Shown here one piece after another: positions 1-8,609 of a stretch of 64,000 bases of DNA. The notes beneath the pieces were generated by a model that saw nothing but the letters and a program-made list of their open reading frames with translations, was not told where the DNA came from and ran no database searches. The DNA lies in NCBI GenBank assembly GCA_965223245.1, contig CBDCVY010000013.1:3646883-3710882 (forward strand), written 5' to 3'. The position numbers were made by a program, and so were the translations under genes. Each line of letters opens with the position of its first letter. The stretch's first letter is position 1. The stretch comes from Nitrospinaceae bacterium. GTDB lineage: Bacteria; Nitrospinota; Nitrospinia; Nitrospinales; Nitrospinaceae.

Positions 1-146
1 AGGAAGAAATTTGATTGTATTCCTTCATGCAATTTACCCGTTCTAACCTTTATTATCAAGGGTTCTGGCTTGTGTTCTTAATGAGGATTTGTTAGTATTT
101 TTCCATTCAACTTTAATTTTAAGAAATCAATTGTAGGAGATTTAAA

Positions 147-461
147 ATGTCAAGTTCCGTAGAAGCGTTAAAGCAGGCCGTTATCCTGGAAAAACAAGCT
201 TTGGAACAGTATCAAATTGCATCGGATAATTCACTTCATGCAGAAACCAAGCAAGAATTAGAAAAGTATCTTTCAGATAAGCAACAAAAAATCGATGCTC
301 TTTCTTGGATGATAATGGCAGAATCCGGGACCATAGAGAAATCAGACGAAGCACCTCAAGAAAACGGAGCACAAAAACTCGCTGCAGGGAAATGTCCTTT
401 TTCTGGAGAGCTAGCAAAAATGGGAATCGATATAACTAAAATGTCGAAACCTGATTTATAA
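147..461 (+). CDS. Hypothetical small protein; predicted helical N-terminal half, C-terminal GKCPFSGE motif
   Basis: 104-aa ORF. Heptad-like E/Q/K-rich N-terminus (ALKQAVILEKQALEQYQIA...ETKQELEKYL). No recognisable catalytic motif. Followed 8 nt later by a co-directional Zn-ribbon ORF. Confidence 0.4.
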   Translation: MSSSVEALKQAVILEKQALEQYQIASDNSLHAETKQELEKYLSDKQQKIDALSWMIMAESGTIEKSDEAPQENGAQKLAAGKCPFSGELAKMGIDITKMSKPDL

Positions 462-468
462 TTTTTTT

Positions 469-903
469 TTGAGATTTCTAATGAATTTACAATCACCTGA
501 TGAGATTTTAATCGAATGTGGAGCCTGTGGAATTGAAAATATTTTTTCGGAATATACACCTGGTAAATTTCTAATATGTAATCAGTGCCGCGATGGTTTA
601 TTGCACCCAAATTTCAATGACACTCACAATGAATATCGATGTCAAGATTGTGGATTTTCAATTTGTTTATTAAAAGAGACTGAGTTTGAAGTAGGTAACA
701 CACCCTGCAGATGCAGCAGCTTAAATATTTTACCTGTTAAACCTTCCCAACTTTATGATTTAGCAAATAAAGCCGGGGCTTTCAATGAGGAAGAGGATTT
801 AGAGAAAGGAAGTAGCTTTGATTGGTATCGTTCAGAACCTGAGAATGAAAATTCATTAAAGGACTATAATGAAATGTTCGATCAGGATCCGGGAGCTAAT
901 TGA
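469..903 (+). CDS. Hypothetical zinc-ribbon protein; probable true start near 481, MNLQSP
   Basis: Two pairs of CxxC motifs (CGACG...CNQC; CQDCG...CRC), typical of zinc-ribbon domains. Acidic C-terminal tail. Confidence 0.4.
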   Translation: MRFLMNLQSPDEILIECGACGIENIFSEYTPGKFLICNQCRDGLLHPNFNDTHNEYRCQDCGFSICLLKETEFEVGNTPCRCSSLNILPVKPSQLYDLANKAGAFNEEEDLEKGSSFDWYRSEPENENSLKDYNEMFDQDPGAN

Positions 904-996
904 ACCCTATGAGATAAATATTAATTCAAATAAGTCTCAAACAATGGGAGCAACCTTTGGTTGATAGAATAGAATTTTTTTGGAGGGGAATTCTAT

Positions 997-2196
997 ATGA
1001 GCGTCAAAGCACCCATTTCTGGCTCGTTATGGGAAGAAAATATTAAAAAAGCGGTTTCCTTAATTCGTAATAATCGAGGATTCTTTTTTACGGGTTATCT
1101 TGATGGCGATGCCTTAGGAACTATGCTTTCTCTTGCCCTTTATCTACGTCAATTAGAAAAAAAAGTATTTCTCTTTTTACCTCATCCGCTAAAAACCAAT
1201 CTAAATTTTCTAGAAGCAATTATCCAACACAATAATATAGAAGTTGTTCATAACAAAGCAACTCTGCCTGAAATAAGGAGTGAGATTGATACCTTAATTG
1301 TTTGTGATACTGCTAATGCGCAACTGGTTCCTAATATTTCAGAAATGTCTTCATTTATAATAGATCCGCAAGTTTCCGTGTTGGAAATTGATCATCACTT
1401 TGGAACAGACAGTGATGCGGTATCTCCTCGTTCTATTCGATTATTCCGAAAAGCAAATGCTTGTACTGAAATTGCTGCAGAGCTTTTACAAAAATTTCAT
1501 AGCTTGTTTCCAAATTTACCCAATCCTTTTGTCCAAAGGAATATTCTTCTATGTCTTTTAATTGGAATGGTTACCGATACTGCGGGTGGTAGAGTTATAC
1601 CAATTAAAAAGGATTATTTATATTGGATTGAAGTCTTGGGTGATCAACTTAAAAACGGAACTTTTACTTACTCTAAAGAGTTTTCAGCCTCAGTTTTAGA
1701 TAAAAACTTCTCTTCTCCTGAGGATCTTTTGAACCATATTCACCAGTTAACACCAGAGCAAAATAAGTACGTAGAAAATTTTACAAAAAAAATCCAAAAA
1801 AGGAATGGGGTCGGACAGCTTAATTTATTAGACTCTTCAATTCTGGAAGTTTGTAATGGAGAAGTAGTCCGGGACTTTGAAGCTTTAACCATTATAAAGG
1901 AGTATTTGGTTAATAAGGTACCCGAAGAAGCCGGTAAGGTTGGATTGTTATTTTTCAATGGAACTGATTCACAAGAACAACCATGTATCTATATTAAATT
2001 AAGGCGTAGTTTTGAATTTGAGGGAATTGACTTGAGAGCGGTAGAAAAAAAACTTTTGTCCATTTTTGATAACGATTATATGGGAGGTGGGGGCCATCCT
2101 TCAGCAGTTTCTTTTCGGGTACGTTCTATGGAAGAGGATGAGTTTTTTAAAAAGATAAACCAACTCTTGAGTTACTTACAAAACCACTTTTCATAA
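997..2196 (+). CDS. nrnA: DHH-family phosphoesterase, NrnA-like (nanoRNase / pAp phosphatase)
   Basis: DHH motif (EIDHHFG) in the N-terminal domain and a GGGH motif (MGGGGHPSAVSF) typical of the DHHA1 domain. Confidence 0.7.
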   Translation: MSVKAPISGSLWEENIKKAVSLIRNNRGFFFTGYLDGDALGTMLSLALYLRQLEKKVFLFLPHPLKTNLNFLEAIIQHNNIEVVHNKATLPEIRSEIDTLIVCDTANAQLVPNISEMSSFIIDPQVSVLEIDHHFGTDSDAVSPRSIRLFRKANACTEIAAELLQKFHSLFPNLPNPFVQRNILLCLLIGMVTDTAGGRVIPIKKDYLYWIEVLGDQLKNGTFTYSKEFSASVLDKNFSSPEDLLNHIHQLTPEQNKYVENFTKKIQKRNGVGQLNLLDSSILEVCNGEVVRDFEALTIIKEYLVNKVPEEAGKVGLLFFNGTDSQEQPCIYIKLRRSFEFEGIDLRAVEKKLLSIFDNDYMGGGGHPSAVSFRVRSMEEDEFFKKINQLLSYLQNHFS

Positions 2197-2212
2197 TTTA
2201 TTTTTAATGTCC

Positions 2213-3826
2213 TCACTGTACGATCCTTACTTTTTTCAAGTAAAGTAATTCCATGGCATTAGTTTCAAGTCCTTTGACATAGGGTTTGACCAACATATTT
2301 TGTGCCGTAGTGAAAAGCGAGATAATTGGCGCATCTTTTTCAGTTAAAATTTTTTGAGCTTGATCGTAAATTGATTTTCTTAATTGCAAATTTTGTTCAG
2401 CTGCCCCTTGTTGAATGAGTTGGTCATAGGTTGAATTCTCCCATCGCAAATGATTATTTCCACTGCTAGAGGTAAATAAATTCATAAAATTATCAGGGTC
2501 CGGAAAGTCTGCCCCCCAACCTAATCGAAAAATAGGAGGAGGATCTACCTTCAAGCGGCTTAAAAAAACTTTCCATTCCTGGTCTTCTAAATGAGCTTGT
2601 ATATTTAAATGTTCTTTCCATTGGGCTTGAATAAATTGCGCAATTAATCGATTGGTTGGGTCTGAGTTGTAAGTGATACTAAATTCTGGAAAATTTTTCC
2701 CCTTGGGGTATCCTGCCAAACTTAATAACTTGTTTGCCTTTTCTGGATTAAACTTAGGACCTATATTTTTATTGTATCCAAACATTCCTTTTGGGATCCA
2801 GGATGCCGCAGGCAATTCCCCTCCATTTAATATTTTTGGAATGTGCTTCCGATCAATAGCATGAGCCAATGCTTGACGAATTCGGGCATCGTCAAATGGG
2901 GGTTTCTGAACATTAAAACCGTAATAATAGCCTCTTAATAAAGGCAAGTTTAAATACTCAGGACTGTTTTGGTAATGAGGTATAGCGACTGGCGGTAATT
3001 CCACCATATCCAATTCTCCTGTCTCATAGAGAGTTAACTCGGTAGTAGCTTCCCTGACAATATAAATATTGATTTGATCAATGGCTGGTGGACCTTCATA
3101 AAAATTTTTATTAGCCTGTAAAACCAGTTTGTATTCGTGTTGCCATTCTTTTAAGAGAAAGGGACCATTGGTAATTATATTTTTAGGGTCGGTCCAATGG
3201 TCTCCAAAACGTTCAATCACATCTTTTCTTTGAGGGAAGGTAACCATAAAGGTTGTGATACTGGGAAAGTAAATTACGGGTCGTTTTAAGCGAACCTGCA
3301 ATACGGTGGAAGATAAAGCCTTCACTCCCACTTGATCAGCATTTTTAATTTGGCCAGAGTTATATTCGTAAGCGTTTTTTATATCAAAAAGAAAATAGGC
3401 ATATTCGGCAGCAGTTGCCGGGTTTAATAGACGCTTCCAAGAATATTCAAAATCCTCAGCAGTAACGAGTTTCCCATCTGACCATTTGACATCGTCGCGT
3501 AAGAAAAAAGTTAAAATTCGTCCTTGATCAGAAAACTCCCACCGTTTCGCAATTGCAGGAATGGGTTCGAGTTTTGAATTGTACTGGGTGAGCCCTTCCA
3601 TGATATTTGTCAAAATATCAAACGAGACGTTATCTGTTGCCAGAGACCCATCTAAAGTAGGAGGCTCGGCACTGATTGCTATCCTTAAAGTATTGTGGGA
3701 ATTAATTGAATCTTCGATATCTCCGCACCCGAATAGAAATACCAAGAGTAAAATAAGTGTACCTTTAAGCCAGGTAACTATTTGAATATTAAGGTAATAA
3801 TATCGAGATGGCATGGGGATAAGCAT
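2213..3826 (-). CDS. ABC transporter substrate-binding protein, family 5 (oligopeptide/nickel OppA/DppA-like), lipoprotein
   Basis: The lipobox LFGC follows a hydrophobic N-terminus. Family-5 SBP signature region (ISAEPPTLDG...NIMEGLTQYN). Length 537 aa is typical. Confidence 0.8.
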   Translation of the reverse strand: MLIPMPSRYYYLNIQIVTWLKGTLILLLVFLFGCGDIEDSINSHNTLRIAISAEPPTLDGSLATDNVSFDILTNIMEGLTQYNSKLEPIPAIAKRWEFSDQGRILTFFLRDDVKWSDGKLVTAEDFEYSWKRLLNPATAAEYAYFLFDIKNAYEYNSGQIKNADQVGVKALSSTVLQVRLKRPVIYFPSITTFMVTFPQRKDVIERFGDHWTDPKNIITNGPFLLKEWQHEYKLVLQANKNFYEGPPAIDQINIYIVREATTELTLYETGELDMVELPPVAIPHYQNSPEYLNLPLLRGYYYGFNVQKPPFDDARIRQALAHAIDRKHIPKILNGGELPAASWIPKGMFGYNKNIGPKFNPEKANKLLSLAGYPKGKNFPEFSITYNSDPTNRLIAQFIQAQWKEHLNIQAHLEDQEWKVFLSRLKVDPPPIFRLGWGADFPDPDNFMNLFTSSSGNNHLRWENSTYDQLIQQGAAEQNLQLRKSIYDQAQKILTEKDAPIISLFTTAQNMLVKPYVKGLETNAMELLYLKKVRIVQ

Positions 3827-3955
3827 AGCACTGTTAATGGTTTTTATAAAGATGATCGCCGTATTCTTTCATATAGTTTTCTCACCGACGGAATAACCCT
3901 TTACTTTTCTGGCGACATCGATAAAATTGGGGATTTCCATTAACCATAATTAATC

Positions 3956-4645
3956 TTGGAAGTTATGTCGCCACGCCCATCCACAGATGACATTACCTGG
4001 ATACGACGCTGGATAAAAAAAGGTCTAAGTAAGGATAAAAAGACTTTGGATTTATCTAATCGACGTTTTAATATGCACATCGCCATTGATGTTGCTGAAA
4101 ATATGGCTGTTCCTGGAATTGAAACCCTTTATATGCATAATTGCTGGTTGAAGGATGCTTACCTGGAAGAATTGGTGGAGGGTGACCTATTCGAACCGGT
4201 AAAATTTCTTTGGATGTATGAAAACCTCATTAAAAGTGATGGTGCAGAATACTTAGCAGAATCTCCAAAACTTAATAATGTTAAGTGCCTCAGCCTTTAC
4301 TCCAATAAAATTGGTCCGGAGGGAGCTGAAGCTATTGCCGAATCCGATTCTCTTTCGGGTTTAGAAATTTTAGACCTTTCTTTTAATCGAATTTCTGATG
4401 AGGGAGCCGTTGCTTTGGCCAACTCAAGTAATCTTAGTAAGTTAAAAGTTTTACATTTGGATGCCAATGGGATTGGAGCAGCCGGGATGGAGGCTTTGGC
4501 TGAAGGTAAAGGCCTAAAAAACCTAAGATGTCTCTATATGACTTACAACCGCATGGAACCCGATGGATTAGATATCCTCCAAACGTCTGAGCGTTTGAAA
4601 GCTCTAAAAGAATTTAAGTCAGATGCTCCGGGGGATGATGACTAA
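3956..4645 (+). CDS. Leucine-rich repeat protein, RNI-like (ribonuclease-inhibitor type); N-terminal piece of a probably split gene
   Basis: Repeated 28-aa units of the form LxxLxLxxNxIgxeGaxaLa (LSLYSNKIGPEGAEAIAES, LDLSFNRISDEGAVALANS, LHLDANGIGAAGMEALAEG). Ends 23 nt inside the next LRR ORF, in another frame. Confidence 0.6.
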   Translation: MEVMSPRPSTDDITWIRRWIKKGLSKDKKTLDLSNRRFNMHIAIDVAENMAVPGIETLYMHNCWLKDAYLEELVEGDLFEPVKFLWMYENLIKSDGAEYLAESPKLNNVKCLSLYSNKIGPEGAEAIAESDSLSGLEILDLSFNRISDEGAVALANSSNLSKLKVLHLDANGIGAAGMEALAEGKGLKNLRCLYMTYNRMEPDGLDILQTSERLKALKEFKSDAPGDDD

Positions 4646-6128
4646 ATCCAGCAGTTTACAATCCAATGAAGAACGGATTTTACGTGTTCTGGAGGACGGC
4701 TTGTTGTTACAAACCTCCAAACTAAATCTCAGCTATGAATCCCTTGGGGATTTGGGAGTGATTTTCCTGGCTAGAAAAAAAGATTTATCTCATATCACTT
4801 ATTTAGACTTGAGTTGGAATCAGGTTACGGATTTTGGGATTAAGGCTTTGGCGAATTGTACTTATCTCAAAAACCTGAGGCATTTAGTTCTAGAATCTAA
4901 TGAAATTTCGGATGTGGGTGTGTTGGCCCTTGCCCAAACAAAGTTCTTGCCTAATTTAAAAACATTAAGTTTGGTCAATAACCAAGTAGGTGAGTTGGGT
5001 GCACTGCATTTAATCAAATCCACAGAATTAGAGCAATTGAATGTATTAGAGTTGGAATTGAATAAAATTGGGGAAACCCCACTTTTAGAATATCCTGATG
5101 GTCCGGCAAACCCCAAGCTGAATCGTCTGAATGTCCGAAGAAATTTTATTACTAATGAAGTTTTATGGAATTGGTTGCAGGCTGGAGTATTTGTTCCATT
5201 AAACCATGTTAATTTGGGATGGAACCTGTTGACGGATCTGGGAGCCAAGCAAATTTCTCAATCTCCAACCGTTAAAAGTATAGAAACTTTAATTTTGGAT
5301 TCAAACTATATTGGTAATGAGGGTTCCCAGGCTTTGGCGGAGTCTAAAAACCTATTGCAGTTACGCGAACTATTCATGCATGACAATAAGTTCAATCGAA
5401 CGGGTGAACATTCGTTGAATGATTTTCATCTCCGTCAATTAATTAAAAATAACCTGAAAGATTCTACCTTGAATCTAAATGGTCAGCGGTTGGGAAATAA
5501 AGGTTTGGCTGCCCTTGCTCGATGCGAATCACTCGCTAAGGTAGAGACACTCACTTTGCGCAATAATCATATTGACCACAAAGGTCTGGAAATTTTACTG
5601 CAAAGTGAACATCTTCAGAATCTCAGTTCTCTGAACCTCATGCAAAATCCAATTGGTAATAAGGGAGCCTTGATATTATCGTTGGCAAGCGCGGCGAAAA
5701 AAATAAAAAAACTAAATCTTGAACAGACAGATATAAGCAAAGCAGGTGTGTTGGCATTGGCGGTTTCAGAAAACCTTGAGCAATTAGAAGAACTCAATTT
5801 GAGTGGCAATTTTATTGGAGATTCCGGTCTGGAAACATTGGCAGCTTCTAAGAATGTAGCCAATTTAAAGAAACTGTTTTTGTGGAAAACTGATATAGGT
5901 GACTCTAGTTTAAAAGCTCTAACGAAAAGCCTATATTTAGGAAAATTAAATGAATTACGTTTAAGTAATAACCGGATTGGCCCGGAAGGGATTAAAGTAT
6001 TTGCAGATTCTCCTAATTTTCAAAACCTGAAAACACTCGATTTACGGAACAACGGTTACTCCATCAACACTTTCGTCCTTTTCAAGGAAGGAAAGAAATT
6101 CCAATCCCTCGAGGAATTAAGATTTTAG
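4623..6128 (+). CDS. Leucine-rich repeat protein, RNI-like; C-terminal piece, or an independent paralogue
   Basis: About 16 tandem RNI-type LRRs (LDLSWNQVTDFGIKALAN, LRLSNNRIGPEGIKVFAD, and others). Overlaps the upstream LRR ORF at a GGGGG tract. Confidence 0.65.
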   Translation: MLRGMMTKSSSLQSNEERILRVLEDGLLLQTSKLNLSYESLGDLGVIFLARKKDLSHITYLDLSWNQVTDFGIKALANCTYLKNLRHLVLESNEISDVGVLALAQTKFLPNLKTLSLVNNQVGELGALHLIKSTELEQLNVLELELNKIGETPLLEYPDGPANPKLNRLNVRRNFITNEVLWNWLQAGVFVPLNHVNLGWNLLTDLGAKQISQSPTVKSIETLILDSNYIGNEGSQALAESKNLLQLRELFMHDNKFNRTGEHSLNDFHLRQLIKNNLKDSTLNLNGQRLGNKGLAALARCESLAKVETLTLRNNHIDHKGLEILLQSEHLQNLSSLNLMQNPIGNKGALILSLASAAKKIKKLNLEQTDISKAGVLALAVSENLEQLEELNLSGNFIGDSGLETLAASKNVANLKKLFLWKTDIGDSSLKALTKSLYLGKLNELRLSNNRIGPEGIKVFADSPNFQNLKTLDLRNNGYSINTFVLFKEGKKFQSLEELRF

Positions 6129-6178
6129 TTATTTGCAAAATTTTTTCCTGCCTTTAGAATCGGTAAGCTAAATAAAAT

Positions 6179-6206
6179 AGCCATTCCGGTTATTACCAGA
6201 ATGGCT
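6179..6206. terminator. Bidirectional intrinsic-terminator-like hairpin between convergent genes
   Basis: Perfect 8-bp stem AGCCATTC/GAATGGCT with a 12-nt loop. Flanked by T-rich sequence on the + strand (aaatttttgtttagtttttt). Sits between the + LRR gene end (6128) and the - gene end (6234). Confidence 0.45.
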
Positions 6207-6233
6207 AAGTAAATTTTTGTTTAGTTTTTTAGC

Positions 6234-8057
6234 TTATGCGATTGCCAGAAAATTGCAGGCCTGATAACAAGCGTTACAATTGATACAAAGATCCATATCA
6301 ATGTGGGCTGCAACTTTTTTCGTACCACCGGTAATCGCACCCGTTGGACAAGGTTTAATGCATGCACCACAAGCAACGCATTCTTCTTCCTTAACTACAT
6401 ATTTATAGAGTCCGGTACACATAGCTGCATCACAAACCTGATCGACAATATGCCGTTCATATTCTTTGCGAAAATATTTAAGGCCGGTCAATACTGCCTT
6501 AACTGCTGTTTCACCTAATCCGCATAATGAAGAGACATTAATTTCTTCTGACATTGCCTGTAGTTTATCGAGATACTCTATTTTGCCGCGACCTTCCGCG
6601 ATATCATCTAAAAGGTTCTTAATGAGTGTTAAACCAATACGGCAAGGAGTACATTTTCCACAAGTTTCCGCTTCATTAAAACCAATTGAGAATCGTGTCA
6701 GATCAATAACACATGCAGAAGCATCATAAGCGGCAAAGCTTGCCTGTCCCATAATGACACCCGCATCCAAGAGACTTTCATAGTCTGTTTTCGTATCTTT
6801 TTTCTCCGGAGGCAAGAATCCTCCTGTAACACCGCCTACATGAATGACTTTTAATTCTTTCTTTTTAACAATTCCACCACAGTAATCATCAATAGCTTCA
6901 CCCAAAGTGGTATTCATATCCAGTTCCATAAGCCCGTTGTATTTCAGATTACCTGCGATGGCCCATGTTTTACAGCCTGGAGATTTTTCGGGCCCCATAG
7001 ATTTATACCAATCCGCCCCATTCATAATAATAGGGGGGACCGTTGCCCAAGTTTCTGCGTTATTGAGGTTGGTCGGGTAACCGAAAACTCCACTTACACT
7101 TGAGTGCGGAGGTTGTGATTTTGGAAAAGGACGTTTACCCTCTACAGATGCCATTAAAGCAGTGGATTCGCCACCAATGAATGCTTCCATTCCTTCATGG
7201 ACATAACAATCGATGCTAAAGTCAGTTCCCAATATATTGTTTCCAAGGAATCCGCGTTCTCTTGCCTGCTCCAGCGCTTTGTTAAGACGTTTTACCGCAA
7301 TGGCATAATCAGACCGGGTATAAATGATTGCATCGGTTGCACCAATGGCGTAAGCACCAATAAGGAGTCCCTCTATAACCTGGTGGGGACAACCTTCCAT
7401 AATACTACGGTCCATATAAGAAGCAGGATTCCCTTCGTCACCGTTAACCATGATAAACCTACGTTCCGCAGGTGTATTGGCCGCTATTTCCCATTTGTTG
7501 GCAGTTATAAATCCTCCCCCACCTTTTCCGCGAAGTTTGGCGCTTTTTACTTCCTCAATAATCTCACGCGGTTTCATAGTAGTGAGTGCCTTACGCAAAG
7601 CTTCATAGCCACCTACGGCAATGTATTCATCAATGCTTTCAGGATCAATACTTCCTCCATGCTTTAGAGCAACACGGCTCTGTTTTTCCAAGGTGGTATA
7701 GTAGTCGTCTTTCGCAGCCGCACGTTTAAAGACTTTTCCGCCAATGACATGGTCATTAAAGATCTGCTTTGCCATTTCCGGTTTAACGCGCTCATAAGTG
7801 ACGCGCGGTTCACCTGGAACATAAACATCGACCAGAACATCCCGACTACAATATCCGCGACACCCTACTTGTCCTAATTTGCACCCACCTCGGTCACCTA
7901 ACTCGACATTGGATTGATTCTCGGTGATCAATTTTTCAAATTCTTTAAATACATCCATTCCGCCTTCGGCGATTCCACTCAAGCTCAAGCAAACAGTAAT
8001 TTTAATTGTATCTTTTTTTGTCTCCGTGGCTTGTGGTTGTGCTTCCGCAACTTCCAT
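6234..8057 (-). CDS. NAD(P)H-binding flavoprotein, fused NuoE-like [2Fe-2S] + NuoF-like (51-kDa) + 2x[4Fe-4S] ferredoxin (HndC/HoxF/FdhB-type diaphorase subunit)
   Basis: N-terminal thioredoxin-like 2Fe-2S Cys cluster (CKLGQVGCRGYCSRD). NuoF FMN/NADH motifs (GKGGGGFITANKWE; SLCGLGETA). C-terminal CxxCxxCxxxCP twice (CVACGACIKPCP; CINCNACYQAC). Confidence 0.8.
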   Translation of the reverse strand: MEVAEAQPQATETKKDTIKITVCLSLSGIAEGGMDVFKEFEKLITENQSNVELGDRGGCKLGQVGCRGYCSRDVLVDVYVPGEPRVTYERVKPEMAKQIFNDHVIGGKVFKRAAAKDDYYTTLEKQSRVALKHGGSIDPESIDEYIAVGGYEALRKALTTMKPREIIEEVKSAKLRGKGGGGFITANKWEIAANTPAERRFIMVNGDEGNPASYMDRSIMEGCPHQVIEGLLIGAYAIGATDAIIYTRSDYAIAVKRLNKALEQARERGFLGNNILGTDFSIDCYVHEGMEAFIGGESTALMASVEGKRPFPKSQPPHSSVSGVFGYPTNLNNAETWATVPPIIMNGADWYKSMGPEKSPGCKTWAIAGNLKYNGLMELDMNTTLGEAIDDYCGGIVKKKELKVIHVGGVTGGFLPPEKKDTKTDYESLLDAGVIMGQASFAAYDASACVIDLTRFSIGFNEAETCGKCTPCRIGLTLIKNLLDDIAEGRGKIEYLDKLQAMSEEINVSSLCGLGETAVKAVLTGLKYFRKEYERHIVDQVCDAAMCTGLYKYVVKEEECVACGACIKPCPTGAITGGTKKVAAHIDMDLCINCNACYQACNFLAIA

Positions 8058-8566
8058 GGAACTCTCCTTTTCAGGATCTATAATTAATTTTGATTATAGT
8101 TGTTGTTTGGGATTAAGGACCCTAAGCCCTTAAAAAGTTTCTAAGTATACCAAAATCTCACAATAATTTGGAAAATTCCACAAATTCTAAGGATCAATTC
8201 CCTTTTTGTCAATCCACTGATAAGTTAAAAATTTATTTAGAGATTATTGATTTATTTTTAAAGCATAGTAACCCAAAAATTTAGAAAGAAAATGGTTCTA
8301 ATTCATTTTTTCTAAAGGAATTATACTTAATAAGGTCTCTTAAAAAATTAATGAATAAAACCCGTTCTTCTGTCCTTCCAATGATTAAAAAGATTTATTA
8401 ATCACAGGCTATACAAACCTTCAATCATCCTGCAGTTATAGAGAAAATAGGCAATTTAGATATTTTTTTTAAAAAATGACTCACTTCAGCTTTGTGTTAA
8501 CTAATTGAAATTATTAGATTGAAAGCGATAGAATAAAATACCCCAAGAATAACCCTATAAAATTTA

Positions 8567-8595
8567 TTGACAAACCCCATTAGAGGTATTAAATA
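8567..8595 (+). promoter_or_regulatory. Candidate sigma70-type promoter for the FG-GAP protein gene
   Basis: TTGACA at 8567-8572, a 17-nt spacer, then TAAATA at 8590-8595. Lies 15-55 nt upstream of the candidate starts. Confidence 0.4.
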
Positions 8596-8609
8596 TAAAA
8601 TAACATTAA

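Noticed and set aside
181-610. Antisense ORFs 181..417(-) and 356..610(-) overlapping the two small + strand genes
   Set aside because: They lie entirely within or across better-supported co-directional ORFs and have no motifs and low-complexity translations. They are probably shadow ORFs.
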